DNA from: a virus
Taxonomy: Duplodnaviria > Caudoviricetes
DNA length: 64,000 bases
Strand: one strand, 5' to 3'
IMG/VR virus record: IMGVR_UViG_2708742752_000007
Span: 1-64,000 of that record
Shown: one piece after another, positions 35,501 through 47,500 of the stretch
Layout: each line of letters begins with the position of its first letter
Numbering within the stretch: position 1 is the first letter of the stretch
Position numbers and translations under genes: made by a program
The notes under the pieces: generated by a model
Seen by the model: the letters and a program-made list of their open reading frames with translations, nothing else
Databases searched by the model: none
What the model was told of the DNA's origin: nothing

Positions 35501-36682
35501 ATGGCTTACTATCCCAACGATATGCTTACGCCCCACTTTTTGACAGGGGCAATCGAGGAACGTCCGACCAGGGAGAGCATCAAACAACGCTATCTCTGGC
35601 CTGAGTTTCTACCGCTCAAGGAAGTCCCGGAGCGCAGACTGACCTGGGATGCCGTGGCGGCTGAGAACAACTTAGCCGGTTTCTACGGCACCAAGGGCGA
35701 GCCTGTGCCGGGTGACGACCTGATCTTCAAGTCGCACTTTGCCAACCTGATCGACGTGATGGCAACCCGCCACCTGGACCACGACATCCTCAACTCGGTG
35801 CGTGCACCGGGTATGCTGGCTGTCTACAAGACGGGTGGCTCGGCTGCGCCCATCCAGGGTCTTCGGGCTCGCTTCGAGGACCACATGCGCGGCTTGATCA
35901 ACTGGTGTGATGATACAGTCGAGGCGCAGATGGAGTACATGGCGATCAACGCGCTCCAGGGCACGCTGGTCTGGCCGCCCACCACGGCGGTTGGCGGGGC
36001 TATATCGCCACCCATGCCGCACTGGAACGCCAACATGACGCTCAGTTTCACCTTCCCGCTCAACGCCAACTTCATCCAGAATGCCTCCACCCTGAGTGGC
36101 CATAACGCGCGGGCCGGTGGTGCGTTTGCCTGGAACAACGCCAACGCCGATCCCATCAAGGACATGGAAGTGATTGCGGAGTATATGGTCGAGCAGAAGG
36201 GTATCAACGCCGACGACATGCTGTTGATCCTGTCGCGCACGACCCTATCGCGCATCGCCTACCTGTCGTCTATCTTGAACTGGCTCAACTCGGTGCGCTA
36301 CAATACACCGTTGGGCACCGCCGTCGATCTCAAGGCGCTCCAGGAGTTCATCTCCAGCCGGTTGGGTTGGACCATCCGCACCTACGACGCGCAGTGGACC
36401 TATCGCACCAACATCGGCACCGTCAACGAGACTGTTCAGCGTGTCAAGTTCTTGAAAGAGGGCAAAGTTATCATCATCCCCAAGGCAGAAGTCAACAGCC
36501 TGGGCAATATGATGACTACCTTCCATAAGGATGGCAGCGGGCAGTTCAAGTCAGGTAAATACTCGTGGATGCACGAGGACGACGAGCCGCCCTTTGGCAC
36601 GCGCCTGGGCGAAGGCATCGTGTCTTGGCCGGTGCTCCCCATGGCTGACAGTCAGATTTTCGTGATGGATTCCTATGCATAA
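35501..36682 (+). CDS. major capsid protein (lambda E-like)
   Basis: 393 aa; EYMAINALQG, W...ADPIKD, YDAQW motifs; AAGGAGG SD. Confidence 0.85.
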   Translation: MAYYPNDMLTPHFLTGAIEERPTRESIKQRYLWPEFLPLKEVPERRLTWDAVAAENNLAGFYGTKGEPVPGDDLIFKSHFANLIDVMATRHLDHDILNSVRAPGMLAVYKTGGSAAPIQGLRARFEDHMRGLINWCDDTVEAQMEYMAINALQGTLVWPPTTAVGGAISPPMPHWNANMTLSFTFPLNANFIQNASTLSGHNARAGGAFAWNNANADPIKDMEVIAEYMVEQKGINADDMLLILSRTTLSRIAYLSSILNWLNSVRYNTPLGTAVDLKALQEFISSRLGWTIRTYDAQWTYRTNIGTVNETVQRVKFLKEGKVIIIPKAEVNSLGNMMTTFHKDGSGQFKSGKYSWMHEDDEPPFGTRLGEGIVSWPVLPMADSQIFVMDSYA

Positions 36683-36694
36683 GGTGTAGTCACA

Positions 36695-37327
36695 GTGAGT
36701 GCTCCGGTCGCCCCTTACGCAGCCAGTGCCCAGGTGGCGATGCTGGTGAAGAACTTGCTGAAAGGAGCCAGCGATTTCTCCGCCAGCACCACCCCAAAAA
36801 ATACTGACGTGAACGACATCATCGACTGGGTTTCCTCCCAGGTAGATATGCAGTTCATGTCGGCTGGCTACAAGATTCCCTTCCTGGTGCTGTCGGGCGA
36901 AACGTGGGCCATGTCCCAGACCAACTACCTGACGTTTGTGGTGGTCAATGGGGCAGCCGCCTACGCGGCAGGCCACAGTCTCAAGCCTGCGCCTGCTGTA
37001 GCGCCGGGACGGGAGGGCTCGTCGGGCAATATCTTTCAGGATATGTTCGACAAGGAGCTGCGCAAGGTATGGGACGGTCGGAGCACTCGCTTGCCATGGC
37101 GGGCGCAATACTACTATGGCACCAAGGCCGAGGAGCTGTTGACGCAGCCCAGTGGGCCAACTACCGACTTCATCGAGCAGCGGTTTGATCCCATGCGTTT
37201 CTTGAGCATGTGGGATATGACCGAAGAGCTGCGCAAGGTGCAGAACGAGATCAAGGACATGGACATCGACTGGGACTACCTGTACAACTACAAGTCCTTC
37301 AATATCGGGCTGGGGAACGTTGACTGA
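36695..37327 (+). CDS. head-tail adaptor
   Basis: YAASAQV...VDMQF...GYKIP; position after MCP. Confidence 0.7.
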   Translation: MSAPVAPYAASAQVAMLVKNLLKGASDFSASTTPKNTDVNDIIDWVSSQVDMQFMSAGYKIPFLVLSGETWAMSQTNYLTFVVVNGAAAYAAGHSLKPAPAVAPGREGSSGNIFQDMFDKELRKVWDGRSTRLPWRAQYYYGTKAEELLTQPSGPTTDFIEQRFDPMRFLSMWDMTEELRKVQNEIKDMDIDWDYLYNYKSFNIGLGNVD

Positions 37328-37938
37328 TGACGCTACACGTGATCAACCGCATACCCGATTTGAGCGCGGTTATGTATGCCATGCAGACCAATCAGCGTCA
37401 TCAGAGCATCATGCATGCTCAGGCCACCCGTGGCATGGAGCGCATGCTATTTCTGACCCGCCAGTTGGCTCCCGTGGGTAAATACGAGCCGCCCTGGCAA
37501 ACCAGTCAGGGCGTGATCAACCACGGCAGACCCAGTATCCGCCAGCACAGCATGACGCTGGACACAGGTTGGACACAGCAAGTAGAGCGGGTGACGCACG
37601 GGGCGGCTTTTACGCTGTTTAACCAGGCTCCCCATGCGCCTTACGTGATCTACGGTACGCCTGCCCATCCGATCACGGGCAAGCCTGTATTGGCCTTCCA
37701 TTGGAGCAACTACAGTGCCACGGGCGAAGGTAACTGGGGGCCATACCAGGGCGATCCACCTGGCCCTTACAGTTTCCCGCGTGTCAACCATCCCGGCGCT
37801 CGACCCAACACCTTTGTGCAGCAGGCGGCGGCCCAGAACCGGCCACGCATGGTCGAGCTGTTAGGCGAAGGGGCCAAGGAAGTCAGACAGCCGCTCATAA
37901 ACTTCTTCATGGGAAGAGGACAAGGATTACTGAGATAA
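37327..37938 (+). CDS. neck protein (HK97 gp10-like)
   Basis: APV...HAPYVIYGTPAH...VNHPGARPN.F. Confidence 0.72.
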   Translation: MTLHVINRIPDLSAVMYAMQTNQRHQSIMHAQATRGMERMLFLTRQLAPVGKYEPPWQTSQGVINHGRPSIRQHSMTLDTGWTQQVERVTHGAAFTLFNQAPHAPYVIYGTPAHPITGKPVLAFHWSNYSATGEGNWGPYQGDPPGPYSFPRVNHPGARPNTFVQQAAAQNRPRMVELLGEGAKEVRQPLINFFMGRGQGLLR

Positions 37939-38288
37939 TGTTGCCAGAGTATCTACCGCTGCTGATCCAGGTGCCTATCGTGGGGGCCTTTATATTCTTC
38001 GTGCTCATGATGACCCGGCTGTACATCCAGCACGAGGGAGAACGCGACGATCAATGGCAAACGTTCCTTAAACAGTTGTCTGATAGCGAGTGCGGAACGA
38101 TAAACACGATGCGCGAGGGCATAGGTGCCAGTATGCGCGAGATGCAACTGGCGCTCAGGGATATGTCGCGCCAGATCGCCAAGAACACAGCTATCATCCT
38201 GGCTTATGAATCCGCCCGCAGCGGCAAGGTGCATACCGATACAGTCGAGATCGCCAAGGAATTGCTCAGGAGTGTTAACGACGAATGA
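37938..38288 (+). CDS. single-TM holin-like protein
   Basis: N-terminal TM followed by coiled coil. Confidence 0.5.
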   Translation: MLPEYLPLLIQVPIVGAFIFFVLMMTRLYIQHEGERDDQWQTFLKQLSDSECGTINTMREGIGASMREMQLALRDMSRQIAKNTAIILAYESARSGKVHTDTVEIAKELLRSVNDE

Positions 38289-38830
38289 ATATCGGCGCGG
38301 TCAAGGCGGCACTAAAGTCGCTCATAGAAACCAACAATGCTACGCTGTGCACGGGCATCACACACCAGGGTCAGGCCCGCACGCTCAAACACGTGACGAC
38401 CAGCGTGCTGACACCGGCTATCGGCTACTATTTCCTGGCGATCCACGTCGAGGAGACCCTGGAGCACACCCGCACCGGGGTCAATGCGCAGCGACCTGCC
38501 AGGCAGACTGAATATGACGTGCTTTTGCACATCGACGAGTTTCCCATACCCGTGGCGTCCGAGGATGAGCTGTACGAGACGGTGCATGCCGACTTCGACA
38601 AGCTGGTATCGCGTATCGTCAACCTGATCGAGACACAGACCTGGATCGGCACGAGTCCGAAATTCAGACTCGCTCGCAACGCAGCCGTGGAAGGCGACAG
38701 AAATATCATCGTCAGCAACTCGCTCCAGCCGTATTTTGACGGGGCCGAGTTGACACACGCACAGCTTATATCGCAGATCCGCTTCAGACTAAGCCAGGAA
38801 TGTGTGGATGCCGCCGACGAGCTGTACTGA
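38285..38830 (+). CDS. tail terminator/completion protein
   Basis: size and synteny before the tail tube gene. Confidence 0.55.
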   Translation: MNIGAVKAALKSLIETNNATLCTGITHQGQARTLKHVTTSVLTPAIGYYFLAIHVEETLEHTRTGVNAQRPARQTEYDVLLHIDEFPIPVASEDELYETVHADFDKLVSRIVNLIETQTWIGTSPKFRLARNAAVEGDRNIIVSNSLQPYFDGAELTHAQLISQIRFRLSQECVDAADELY

Positions 38831-39069
38831 TGAGTTGGGTGTTTGTGGGAACTCTGGCTCGTTTGGGCAGCTTTAAGGTGATAGGCCCTGCTACGGGCAA
38901 GCAATGGATCATCAGATCCAGCGGAGACTGGATACCAGAAGAGGATGCAGAGGGCCTGTTGAAAATGGAAGTCGAGATCTGCTGCGTAAAAACACTTGGA
39001 AAAGTTATGGTCAGACCACTGCATAGGCTGGTGCCTACAGTGGACGATATGAAGAAAACACCACTCTAG
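38830..39069 (+). CDS. hypothetical protein
   Basis: TGATG coupling. Confidence 0.55.
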   Translation: MSWVFVGTLARLGSFKVIGPATGKQWIIRSSGDWIPEEDAEGLLKMEVEICCVKTLGKVMVRPLHRLVPTVDDMKKTPL

Positions 39070-39092
39070 GTACTAGAGAAAGGAGATCTAAA

Positions 39093-39734
39093 ATGGGTTC
39101 GTACTACTCTGTCGGGGCTCCTTCAGCATCCGCTGGTTTCCTGATGCAACCAGAGTCCAAGATTAAGATCGGTACAGCCGCTCTGTATGCGTCACTAGAA
39201 CATACGTCATGGACGTACATTACGTATGAAGCGAGTATTGGTTTGCAGGCTGGCACGTCTTTCGAGCTAGGCGTGGTCGATTCGCTGTCCTTCGTGATGG
39301 AACCGACCATCGAGCCGCTTGAGTCGGCTAATATCGCCGACGCCACGATCTATCTCGTCACTGGCGAGGAGACCACGGTCGAGGTGGGTATCCAGCAATT
39401 CGATACCCGCACGCTGGAGATCGCTATGTCCACCGGTGTCATGTACGCCCTGGGCAACGAGCGGCTGATCACCTTCGGCGGCGGCTGCACCATCAAGAAC
39501 CGCCCGCTGTCTATCGAGTCAGGCAACGTGGCCTGCGATGCGCCCACCAGCCCCAACGTGAGCAATGGTATCACGGGTATCGTGGTGACTCTGTACGACG
39601 TGATTTGCTCCAGTGGCCTACCGTGGGACTCCATCGTGGCGGGTGAGATCAGCGTGATCGACTTGACCTTCGAGGCCCGCCCTGTGCTGGCACGAGCGAG
39701 GGGCAATCGACTTGGGACAATTTATGTATATTGA
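39093..39734 (+). CDS. major tail tube protein
   Basis: beta-rich 213 aa; AAAGGAG SD; upstream of chaperones and TMP. Confidence 0.7.
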   Translation: MGSYYSVGAPSASAGFLMQPESKIKIGTAALYASLEHTSWTYITYEASIGLQAGTSFELGVVDSLSFVMEPTIEPLESANIADATIYLVTGEETTVEVGIQQFDTRTLEIAMSTGVMYALGNERLITFGGGCTIKNRPLSIESGNVACDAPTSPNVSNGITGIVVTLYDVICSSGLPWDSIVAGEISVIDLTFEARPVLARARGNRLGTIYVY

Positions 39735-39793
39735 CCAATAAATATAAATCGTGCCCAGGCTGCACGTTATCATAACCATATAGGAGGCTGCTG

Positions 39794-40615
39794 CTGAGAG
39801 TAGTCAAGCACCGCATCACGTACAGCGTGGATGACGTATTCACCCTGTATTACTTGACCGACCTACACATCGGCAATGCGCTGTGTGACGAAAAGTTACT
39901 CAAGGAAGACGTGGCCTGTATTGCCGACGATCCCAAGGCGATATGGATAGGCGGCGGGGATTACGCTGATTTCATCAACCGGGCTGACCGCCGCCACAGG
40001 GAAAGCTCCCTGGCAGCCTGGTTATATGGCAAGGATGACATAGCCCAGGAACAGATCAAGTATCTTGAGAACCTGCTGAGTCCAATTTTGGACAAGTGCC
40101 TGGGGCTATGCAGAGGCAATCACGAGGATGACATTCTCAGCAAGTCTGAGCGGGACGTATATAGTGCCATTGTCAATATGGTGGCTCGGCCCAACCGTCC
40201 TGTTCGTCTTGGTTATGGTGGTTGGGTTGTTCTGTTGTGGGAGGATGGCAAAAAGACACGCTGGCACACCACCATATTTTGCCATCACGGATCTGGTGGT
40301 GGGATACTACCGGGCGGCGATGCACTCACACTGGGTAGATTGCCCACCTGGTACGACTTCGACATCGCCATCCTGGGCCACCGACATACCAAACACTGGC
40401 TACCTAACACCATAACCGGGCCAACTTTTACAGCCAGTAAGCTGCAACAACGTGAGCAGGCTATGCTATTTGGAGGCACATACCTGGGCGGTATTGACCT
40501 GGAAGGCACCGATCTGGAATCGTATGCCGAAGCCAGGTTGCTACCACCCAGATCGGTGGGCGGCATCAAGATCCAGTTCATGCCTGCCCAGAAAACCTTT
40601 AAGATCGTCATATAA
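39794..40615 (+). CDS. calcineurin-like metallophosphoesterase (probable CTG start)
   Basis: DLHIG, GGDY, GNHE, HHG, GHRH; AGGAGG lies 6 nt before CTG 39794. Confidence 0.82.
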   Translation: MRVVKHRITYSVDDVFTLYYLTDLHIGNALCDEKLLKEDVACIADDPKAIWIGGGDYADFINRADRRHRESSLAAWLYGKDDIAQEQIKYLENLLSPILDKCLGLCRGNHEDDILSKSERDVYSAIVNMVARPNRPVRLGYGGWVVLLWEDGKKTRWHTTIFCHHGSGGGILPGGDALTLGRLPTWYDFDIAILGHRHTKHWLPNTITGPTFTASKLQQREQAMLFGGTYLGGIDLEGTDLESYAEARLLPPRSVGGIKIQFMPAQKTFKIVI

Positions 40616-40627
40616 TAGGAGAGCCAC

Positions 40628-41074
40628 ATGTCAGAGCTAGAAGTCCGTAACAAGATCGTCTTCACCTGGGTGGATGACTCGCGTGAACCCCACGAGTACG
40701 TCAAGCATCTACGCCGTCCCAAGGGACGCCAGGCCCGCTTGAATTTGCCCAAGATAACGGCCTTCCTGGGCAAGATCGCCGAACTCCAGGAACGTATCGA
40801 GAAGCAGAGCAAAAAGGGTGCCAGCGTAGCCGACAACATGGCTATGATCGAGAGCTTCTTCACACCGGAGAACGAGCAATTGTTCCCCTTCATCCTGCAA
40901 ATGGAAACCGAAGATGAGTTGCGCATCTTGAACGAAGAGCTGACCGCCATTGAGGTCATCGAGGCTGTGTCGAAGGCAGCTACGTATATCGTGGAGGAAA
41001 GCCTGAACCGCTCCGAAGTTCAGCAGGCGCTAAAAAAATTGGGTGGAGAAGGAGTCGAGGAGGCTCCAGCTTAG
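40628..41074 (+). CDS. tail assembly chaperone (gpG-like)
   Basis: precedes TMP; ends with a slippery site. Confidence 0.75.
   Translation: MSELEVRNKIVFTWVDDSREPHEYVKHLRRPKGRQARLNLPKITAFLGKIAELQERIEKQSKKGASVADNMAMIESFFTPENEQLFPFILQMETEDELRILNEELTAIEVIEAVSKAATYIVEESLNRSEVQQALKKLGGEGVEEAPA
41032..41038 (+). other. -1 programmed frameshift site
   Basis: A-AAA-AAA heptamer; the -1 frame is open into 41104..41529. Confidence 0.75.
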
Positions 41075-41103
41075 ATAACAACCCGCTGGCCGAGTACCGT
41101 GCC

Positions 41104-41529
41104 GTGCGCATGATTTGCAAGCACTTCAACTTCACCGGCGATTACGTCAACCTGGGCATGGAAGTGGGTGACTTCTTTTGCTACCTGGCCGAAGCGTTGG
41201 ATGCCGAGGAGCTGGAAGACTATCGTGAAGCCCTCATGGCGGGTGGCAAAGAAGCCAAAAAGAAGTGGAAATGGTCTACGCCCGATCACGCAGGTACACG
41301 TGCTATGGGTGGCGGTAGTCAGGATGTGCGCCAGTCCATGATGAACATGGCGCAGGCACTCACCAAGGGACCAGTCAAGAAGACAGGCAATATCTCGGAG
41401 ATCGCCAACCTGTTGGGTAAGAAGATGGTCTTTAGGACTGAGGATGGCAATTACTACGACGAGGATGGCAACCCGGTAGATGGTAAGGGCATGGTGTTCA
41501 TACCACTGGACAACCAGAAGGTAAACTGA
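41104..41529 (+). CDS. tail assembly chaperone gpT-like part
   Basis: reached by the -1 frameshift; abuts TMP. Confidence 0.7.
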   Translation: MRMICKHFNFTGDYVNLGMEVGDFFCYLAEALDAEELEDYREALMAGGKEAKKKWKWSTPDHAGTRAMGGGSQDVRQSMMNMAQALTKGPVKKTGNISEIANLLGKKMVFRTEDGNYYDEDGNPVDGKGMVFIPLDNQKVN

Positions 41530-44500
41530 GTGGCAGTTAGTCAAGAGATCTTTCGCGCAACCTTGACGGTTGAAACGAATATAGTTAGTGCCATCGAGGG
41601 TCTGGAAAAGCTATCCAAAAAAGCCATCGAGACTCTGGATAGTCTGCAAAAGATCAGTACGGCTGTGGTCAAGCCCGATCTGGGCGGCCTTAATACCATC
41701 TCTACTACAATCGAGAAGGCAACTAAAGACATTCGAGCCGACTTTGAACGATTGCGCCAAGAGGTAGTTGGCAAGTCTATTATCCCAGAAATGATAGACG
41801 CCATCGCTAAAGAGTTTGATCGGCTGCCTAACAAAACCGCCCCAGAAGTCAAAAAACTCCACCAGCAATTCGAGCAACTAAAAACCAGCGTCAAGCCCAT
41901 CGAAGATGCCATAGCTGGCATGGATGCCAGCACACGCAAGCATATGGAAGGTATAGTCGCCGAGGCTCTCAAGATGAAGGGAGCATTTAGCGACGATCAG
42001 ATCAAGGCAGCCATGGCATCTATTGGTTCTGCTACTGCCAAGACTGGATCAGAGGTACAAGGCACTATCGGGCAGCTCAATAAGTTAGCCGAGGCTGTTC
42101 GTCAGGTATACTTGACACAGAAACCACCTGCTGCCAAGGCTGCCGAGGCCGAGATAGAAAATCGCGCCAAGCGGGCGGCTGCCGAGTTTGAGAATCTTAA
42201 GAAGATTGGCGAGAAGACATTTGCAGATTATGAGCGCCAGGGCCAGAAGTTTAGACAACAGACAGCTCTGGCTACCAGTGAGTTGGGTGAAGCTGCCCAG
42301 CGCGTCACCGCCTTTGAGCAACGCTTCAGGGCCATCGGGCAGGTAGCGGCTGAAGGCTCGACTGGCTTCAGGGCGGCTGTAGCCAACATCCGGGGTGGTT
42401 TCCAATTGATGGCGGCTGAAGGCGGTAACTTCGCTTTAGGCTTGCGCCAGGCTTTCTTCGGTCTGTCGGGCTCTACCAATGTGTTGGGGCGTGCCCTGGA
42501 CTGGCTGGGTGGTCGCCACAACGAGTTGAGCCGGGCTACCGGCAAGCTGGAGCAGGAAACCCTGCGCATAGATAATATCATGCGCCGCTTCACTACTGGT
42601 ATGCGCGACCAGATGGACGTGCTCAAGGAAGTGGGCAAGGAAGAGGGTGTCCAGAAGGCGGCTCTAAGCGAGATCGACGTTCAAGTCAAGCGCGTCGAAA
42701 AAGCCTTCAAGGATATGAACACCACTATCGTGGCGGGTGGCAAGCCCACCGAGCAACAGATGGCGCGTATCCGCGAAGAAGTGCGTATCCTGGAACAGTC
42801 CTACCGTCAGCTCAAGGTACAGGGCATCATCCCGGCTGGCTCGGCCACTGACGACATGTTCAAGCAAATGCTAAAGGGTATTGAGACCCAGCGGGTAGGT
42901 TCTAACCAGATGATCGCCCGTGTCATCGCCCTGCGCAAAGAGGTGGAAAAGGCCGAGCAGAGCGAGAAACAATCCAATGCCACTTCCGAGAAGCGGGTAG
43001 GTATCTTCCAGCGTGTATCTATCGCCTTCTCCAATCTGTTCAACATCACCCGTAACGTCACCAACGAGACCAAGAACTTCAACCAACAACTGGATCAGAC
43101 CGGGGCGAAGATGGGCGTGGTAGCTCGCACTGCCGACGTAGCCAAGGGTGCTTTCGTCGGCTTCGTGGGTGCGGCAGCGGCCATCACCGGCCTGCGGTAT
43201 GCCATCGACGGCATTGGTTTTGCCATACGCAACCTGGGCGGCAAGTTCCTGGAAGTTAACAACACTGCCCAGAATTTCGGCATCACGCTGACCAATATGC
43301 TGCGCGGCTCGAAAATCGAAGATCAGGCTGAAGAGGTGGTGGGCGGCGCTATGGACTTCATCAAGGAAGCCGTAGCTGCCACACCCTTCGAGCTGGCGGA
43401 TGCCATCGAAGCCTTCCAACGCCTGATCATAGCCGGGCTTGATCCCAAACAGTGGATGGAGCCCATCGCCGACGCGGCGGCTATCATGAATAAGCCCATG
43501 GATCAATTGATCGGCGCTTTCCAGCGTTTGACGGTAGGCGACACAGGCCAGGCGCTCATGATGATGCGCGACTTCGGCATCAACGTCAACCGCGCCGCAG
43601 TCTTTGTCGATCAAGCTACTGGCAACCTGCTAAGCTATGACCAGGCCCAGCAGGCCGTCAACATGAGCGCTGAGCAATTGGCAGCCAAGGGTTGGGCCAA
43701 GCTTAATCTGGAGTTCTCCAAAGGCGGTGAATTGACCACCGACACAGCCACAGCCCTCAAGATATTGAACGGCTACTTGACGCAGAATTCCACCATTGCC
43801 GGTACGGCTGCCTCTCGCTCGCTCTCACTCCAGGGCGTCATGTCCAACCTGAAGGATAGCGTCAGTAACCTCTTCATCGAGATGGGCAAGCCTATCATGG
43901 AGAAGTTGACCGGGGCGGGTAGTGGCCTGTTAGACAAAATTAACGAGCTACAGCCTGTTTTGAATGCCCTGGCTGCCAATATCGGCGTGGCTCTATCAGG
44001 CGCTATCGACTTTGCCATCAACTTCATTTCCAATTTCAAAGAGAACTTCGCCGGGCTGATCGAGGTGGTGCAGACCGTCATTTCTATCGTCGCTAGTATC
44101 TTCGCCGGTGACTGGCAGAACGCCTGGTTCCTGTTCCTGGATGCCATCGACGTAGGCTTGTCCAACGCAGTCCAATTTCTGGACTCGTGGATCAGTAATG
44201 CCTTCACCTGGGGCTGGAACTTCGTAGTCGAGATCGCCAATGGCGTGCTAGACAGCGCCAGTTCAGTGCTGATGGAAGCCCTCAACTCCGTGGGCGAGAT
44301 GATCAGCTCCTTCCTGGCCCCTGGCTCAGCCCCTGAAGTCGGACCACTCTCGACCATCGACGAGTGGGGCGCGGCCCTCATGGACATCTTTGGGGCAGGT
44401 GTAGCCGACATCAACGACGACAACATCAACACCGCCATGGAAGAGATGAAGAAGCTGATCCAGGCGTCTGGCGGCCAGTTGTCCGATGGTTTTTACGAAG

Positions 44501-47500
44501 CCTTCTCTTCGATAGACTTTGCGGCAGCTATCCAGAACGCGCGTGCGCAGTTGAGTGACTTGCTCGCCAGCTTTGCCAACCTGGATATGAGCAAGGTGCT
44601 GGGCTCGCTCAAGTCGGTCGATTTCAGCTTTATCCGCGATGCCCTATCGCCTGTCAAAGACTTCTTCAAGACCATGGGCTCGGAAGGCACCGAACCATTC
44701 CTCAAAGTACGCGACTCCATGGCGGCCATCGTGGCCGAGCTGAATGCGACGGGTGAAATCAACGAAGAAGCCTTTGCCAAGATCGGCGAGGTACTGGGCG
44801 ATCAGAATAAGGAGATGACCAAGTACCTACGGCTGCAATTGGAACTGCATTCTGCACAGAGAAAACTCCAGGATGTCCAGGGCGAAGTAGCCGCTGCTGA
44901 GGCCAGGGGCTTTGTGCCCGCTGCATTGAAGGCCAAGCTGGCGGCTGCCGAAAAGGATGTTGAGGATAAGAAGGAAGCTGTCGATTGGCAAAAGGAATAC
45001 GTGGCCTGGCAAAAGGAGGGCAACCAATTACAACAGGAATTCGTAGGTGGCCTGGACAAAGCTGCCAAGGCTATGGGCAAGGCAGCCTCGGCAGCAGGTA
45101 GTGCTGCCAAGGCCCAGGCCAAGCAGATCGAAACCTTAGCAGAGTGGTACGCCCGCGAGAAGGCCCTGATCGAAGAGAAATATCGCCTGGGCGTTATCGG
45201 CGAGCAGGAATATGTACAGGCTCTTCTCAATTTGGAGAAGCAGTATGTAGATCGCTCGTTGGAAGAGGGCATTCCCGCTGGTCTGGATGCCCATGTACAG
45301 GCGATTAAGGAGTTAGAACTTCGCCTGGAGGGCCTCAAGGAAAAGACCAAAGAGGCGCAGGGTCAGGCGTCCAAAGGTATCGAGATGCAGACGCCTGCCG
45401 AGATTCTGGGTAAATTTGCAAAAAATATACAGGAAATAGCCCAACAGACAGGCGGCGATTTCGCCGATGGATTCGTGCTTGCCATGCGCGAGGGTATCCC
45501 GCGTAATGTGCCCGGCTTGATGGCTGACATATGGGCCAAGATACTTGAAGGCTTTGTAACCATCTTTAACAACATCCGTAACTTTTTGGCACAGAACGTC
45601 ACGCCTCAGAACTTTCCTATATTCGCGGTTGTTGCCGGACTATTTACCCAATTGGCAGCTTCACCTATTATGAACTTCGTTACCAGGCTGGCTGCCAGGA
45701 TTGCGCCAGTCATTGTTAGATTGGGCGGTCTCAGAGGTATCTTGCTAAAGCTACTGGGTGTGCTTGGCAGAGCTGCATTGCTAGGTGGAATTATCATCAC
45801 TATCTTCTTGAATTGGGATAAGATTGTAGCTGCACTCAGTCCAGTTATAACTAGTTTATCTACAGCCATCAAGGCACTTGCAGACGAGGCTATAGCTGCC
45901 ATTATAGAGCGCATGGGCGGTGCGGAGCAGGCGGCCATCAAGTTTAATGCTGCTTACGAAACGATGCGCAGCATTGTAGCTGGTGTCGGCGAGGTATTCA
46001 ACATGCTGATCACCAGCGGTTTCTCAGAGATCGGCCAAGCTATCGAGGGCGCGTTTAAGTCCGCAGTCATGGCTATGCCGACCCAGGGTATTTCAGGCGC
46101 TATCTCAACTTTCTTCACTACGCTCATCAGCTCGCTAAGCACAACCAATATAGGACAGGCTATCACAAACCTGTTTACCAATGCCGTGGCTGGCATCAGA
46201 GAGACCATACTTCCCATCTTCTCAGATGTTTTGGGTGGTATAGGAACTGCTCTTGGGGGCCTGGTGCCACCTGGTGTGGTAGATACGTTCAACCAATTGC
46301 GTCAGTCGATTGCAGCCTTTTTCGAGGAAGGCAGACTGGGCGGAGAAATCGTTAGACTTTTCGGCGACCTAAAAGAGTTGATGGTAGCTCTAGCCCCCAT
46401 TGCCAAGGCTCTTCTATCTGTTTTGGCAGCCCTGGCTGGCCTTGTGGCTAATTCTCTGGTAGCCGCATTCCAGACCATTATAGATATTCTGCCGAATATT
46501 GAAGGCTTCTTTGCTGGCCTGGTGAGAATAGTGCGAGGCGTGCTGGATGTAGTGAGCGGTTTAGCCACATTAATACAATCTGCGTGGGCACTTATCACAG
46601 GTGATACAGAAAAAGCCCAAACCCTTTTCCAGACGGCGATAGGTCAAATAGGTAGTGGGTTGGGTGAAATCTTTAGTGGCATAACTCTGGCTGTCAGCAA
46701 TGCCGCTCAGGCGATACTGGGGTTCCCTATAACCTTCATAAGCCACTTTGTAGATAATATAATCGCCTTCCTTCCCCAGGGATCTAGTTTCTCGCAAACG
46801 CTCCAGGCCATTGGTGGTGCTATATCCAGCTTAAAAGACATTCTCACTGGCGCATTAGAAGCCATAGGTAGCGGTATAAGCGCTATCGGCATGGTCATCA
46901 GCGACTTCCTATCTGGACAAATCAGTTTTCAAGAAGCCTGGAACCAAATAAAGACGATCTTTGCATCGACCGTCGATGCCGTATCAGAAGCACTCGCACC
47001 ACTGGGACAGGCATTATTGGATGGTATTCTTAATGGGGTTGAGTGGCTAAGAACCAATGCCCCCATAATTTTGCAGACTATCGGTGCCTGGGTTACAGAC
47101 ACACTTGTTCCCGGCATAGCCAGTTTTGCGGCCTCACTAGCTACTGGCTTCGTGGATCTATTTGGCAAGGCAGTCGAATATGTAGGTGCTAACTGGCCTA
47201 CCTGGCTAGAAACCTTAAATAGTTACGCTGCATCGATCATAGCTGGTGTCGTCACGTTTGTCACTACTACTCTACCAGTGTGGGCAAGTGCGTTAGCAAC
47301 CAAGGTTGGCGAGCTGTTCCAGGCAGCTCTGGATTATGTACAGACTAACTGGCCTGCCTGGTCTGCTACACTTAACAGTTATGTCGGTCCCATCATAGAT
47401 GGAATCATTATTTTCTTCACGGCTACACTACCGACATGGATAACTGATCTGATCACCAAGTTCGGTGAGTTAGTACAGGGTTTACTTATTTATGTGGGTC

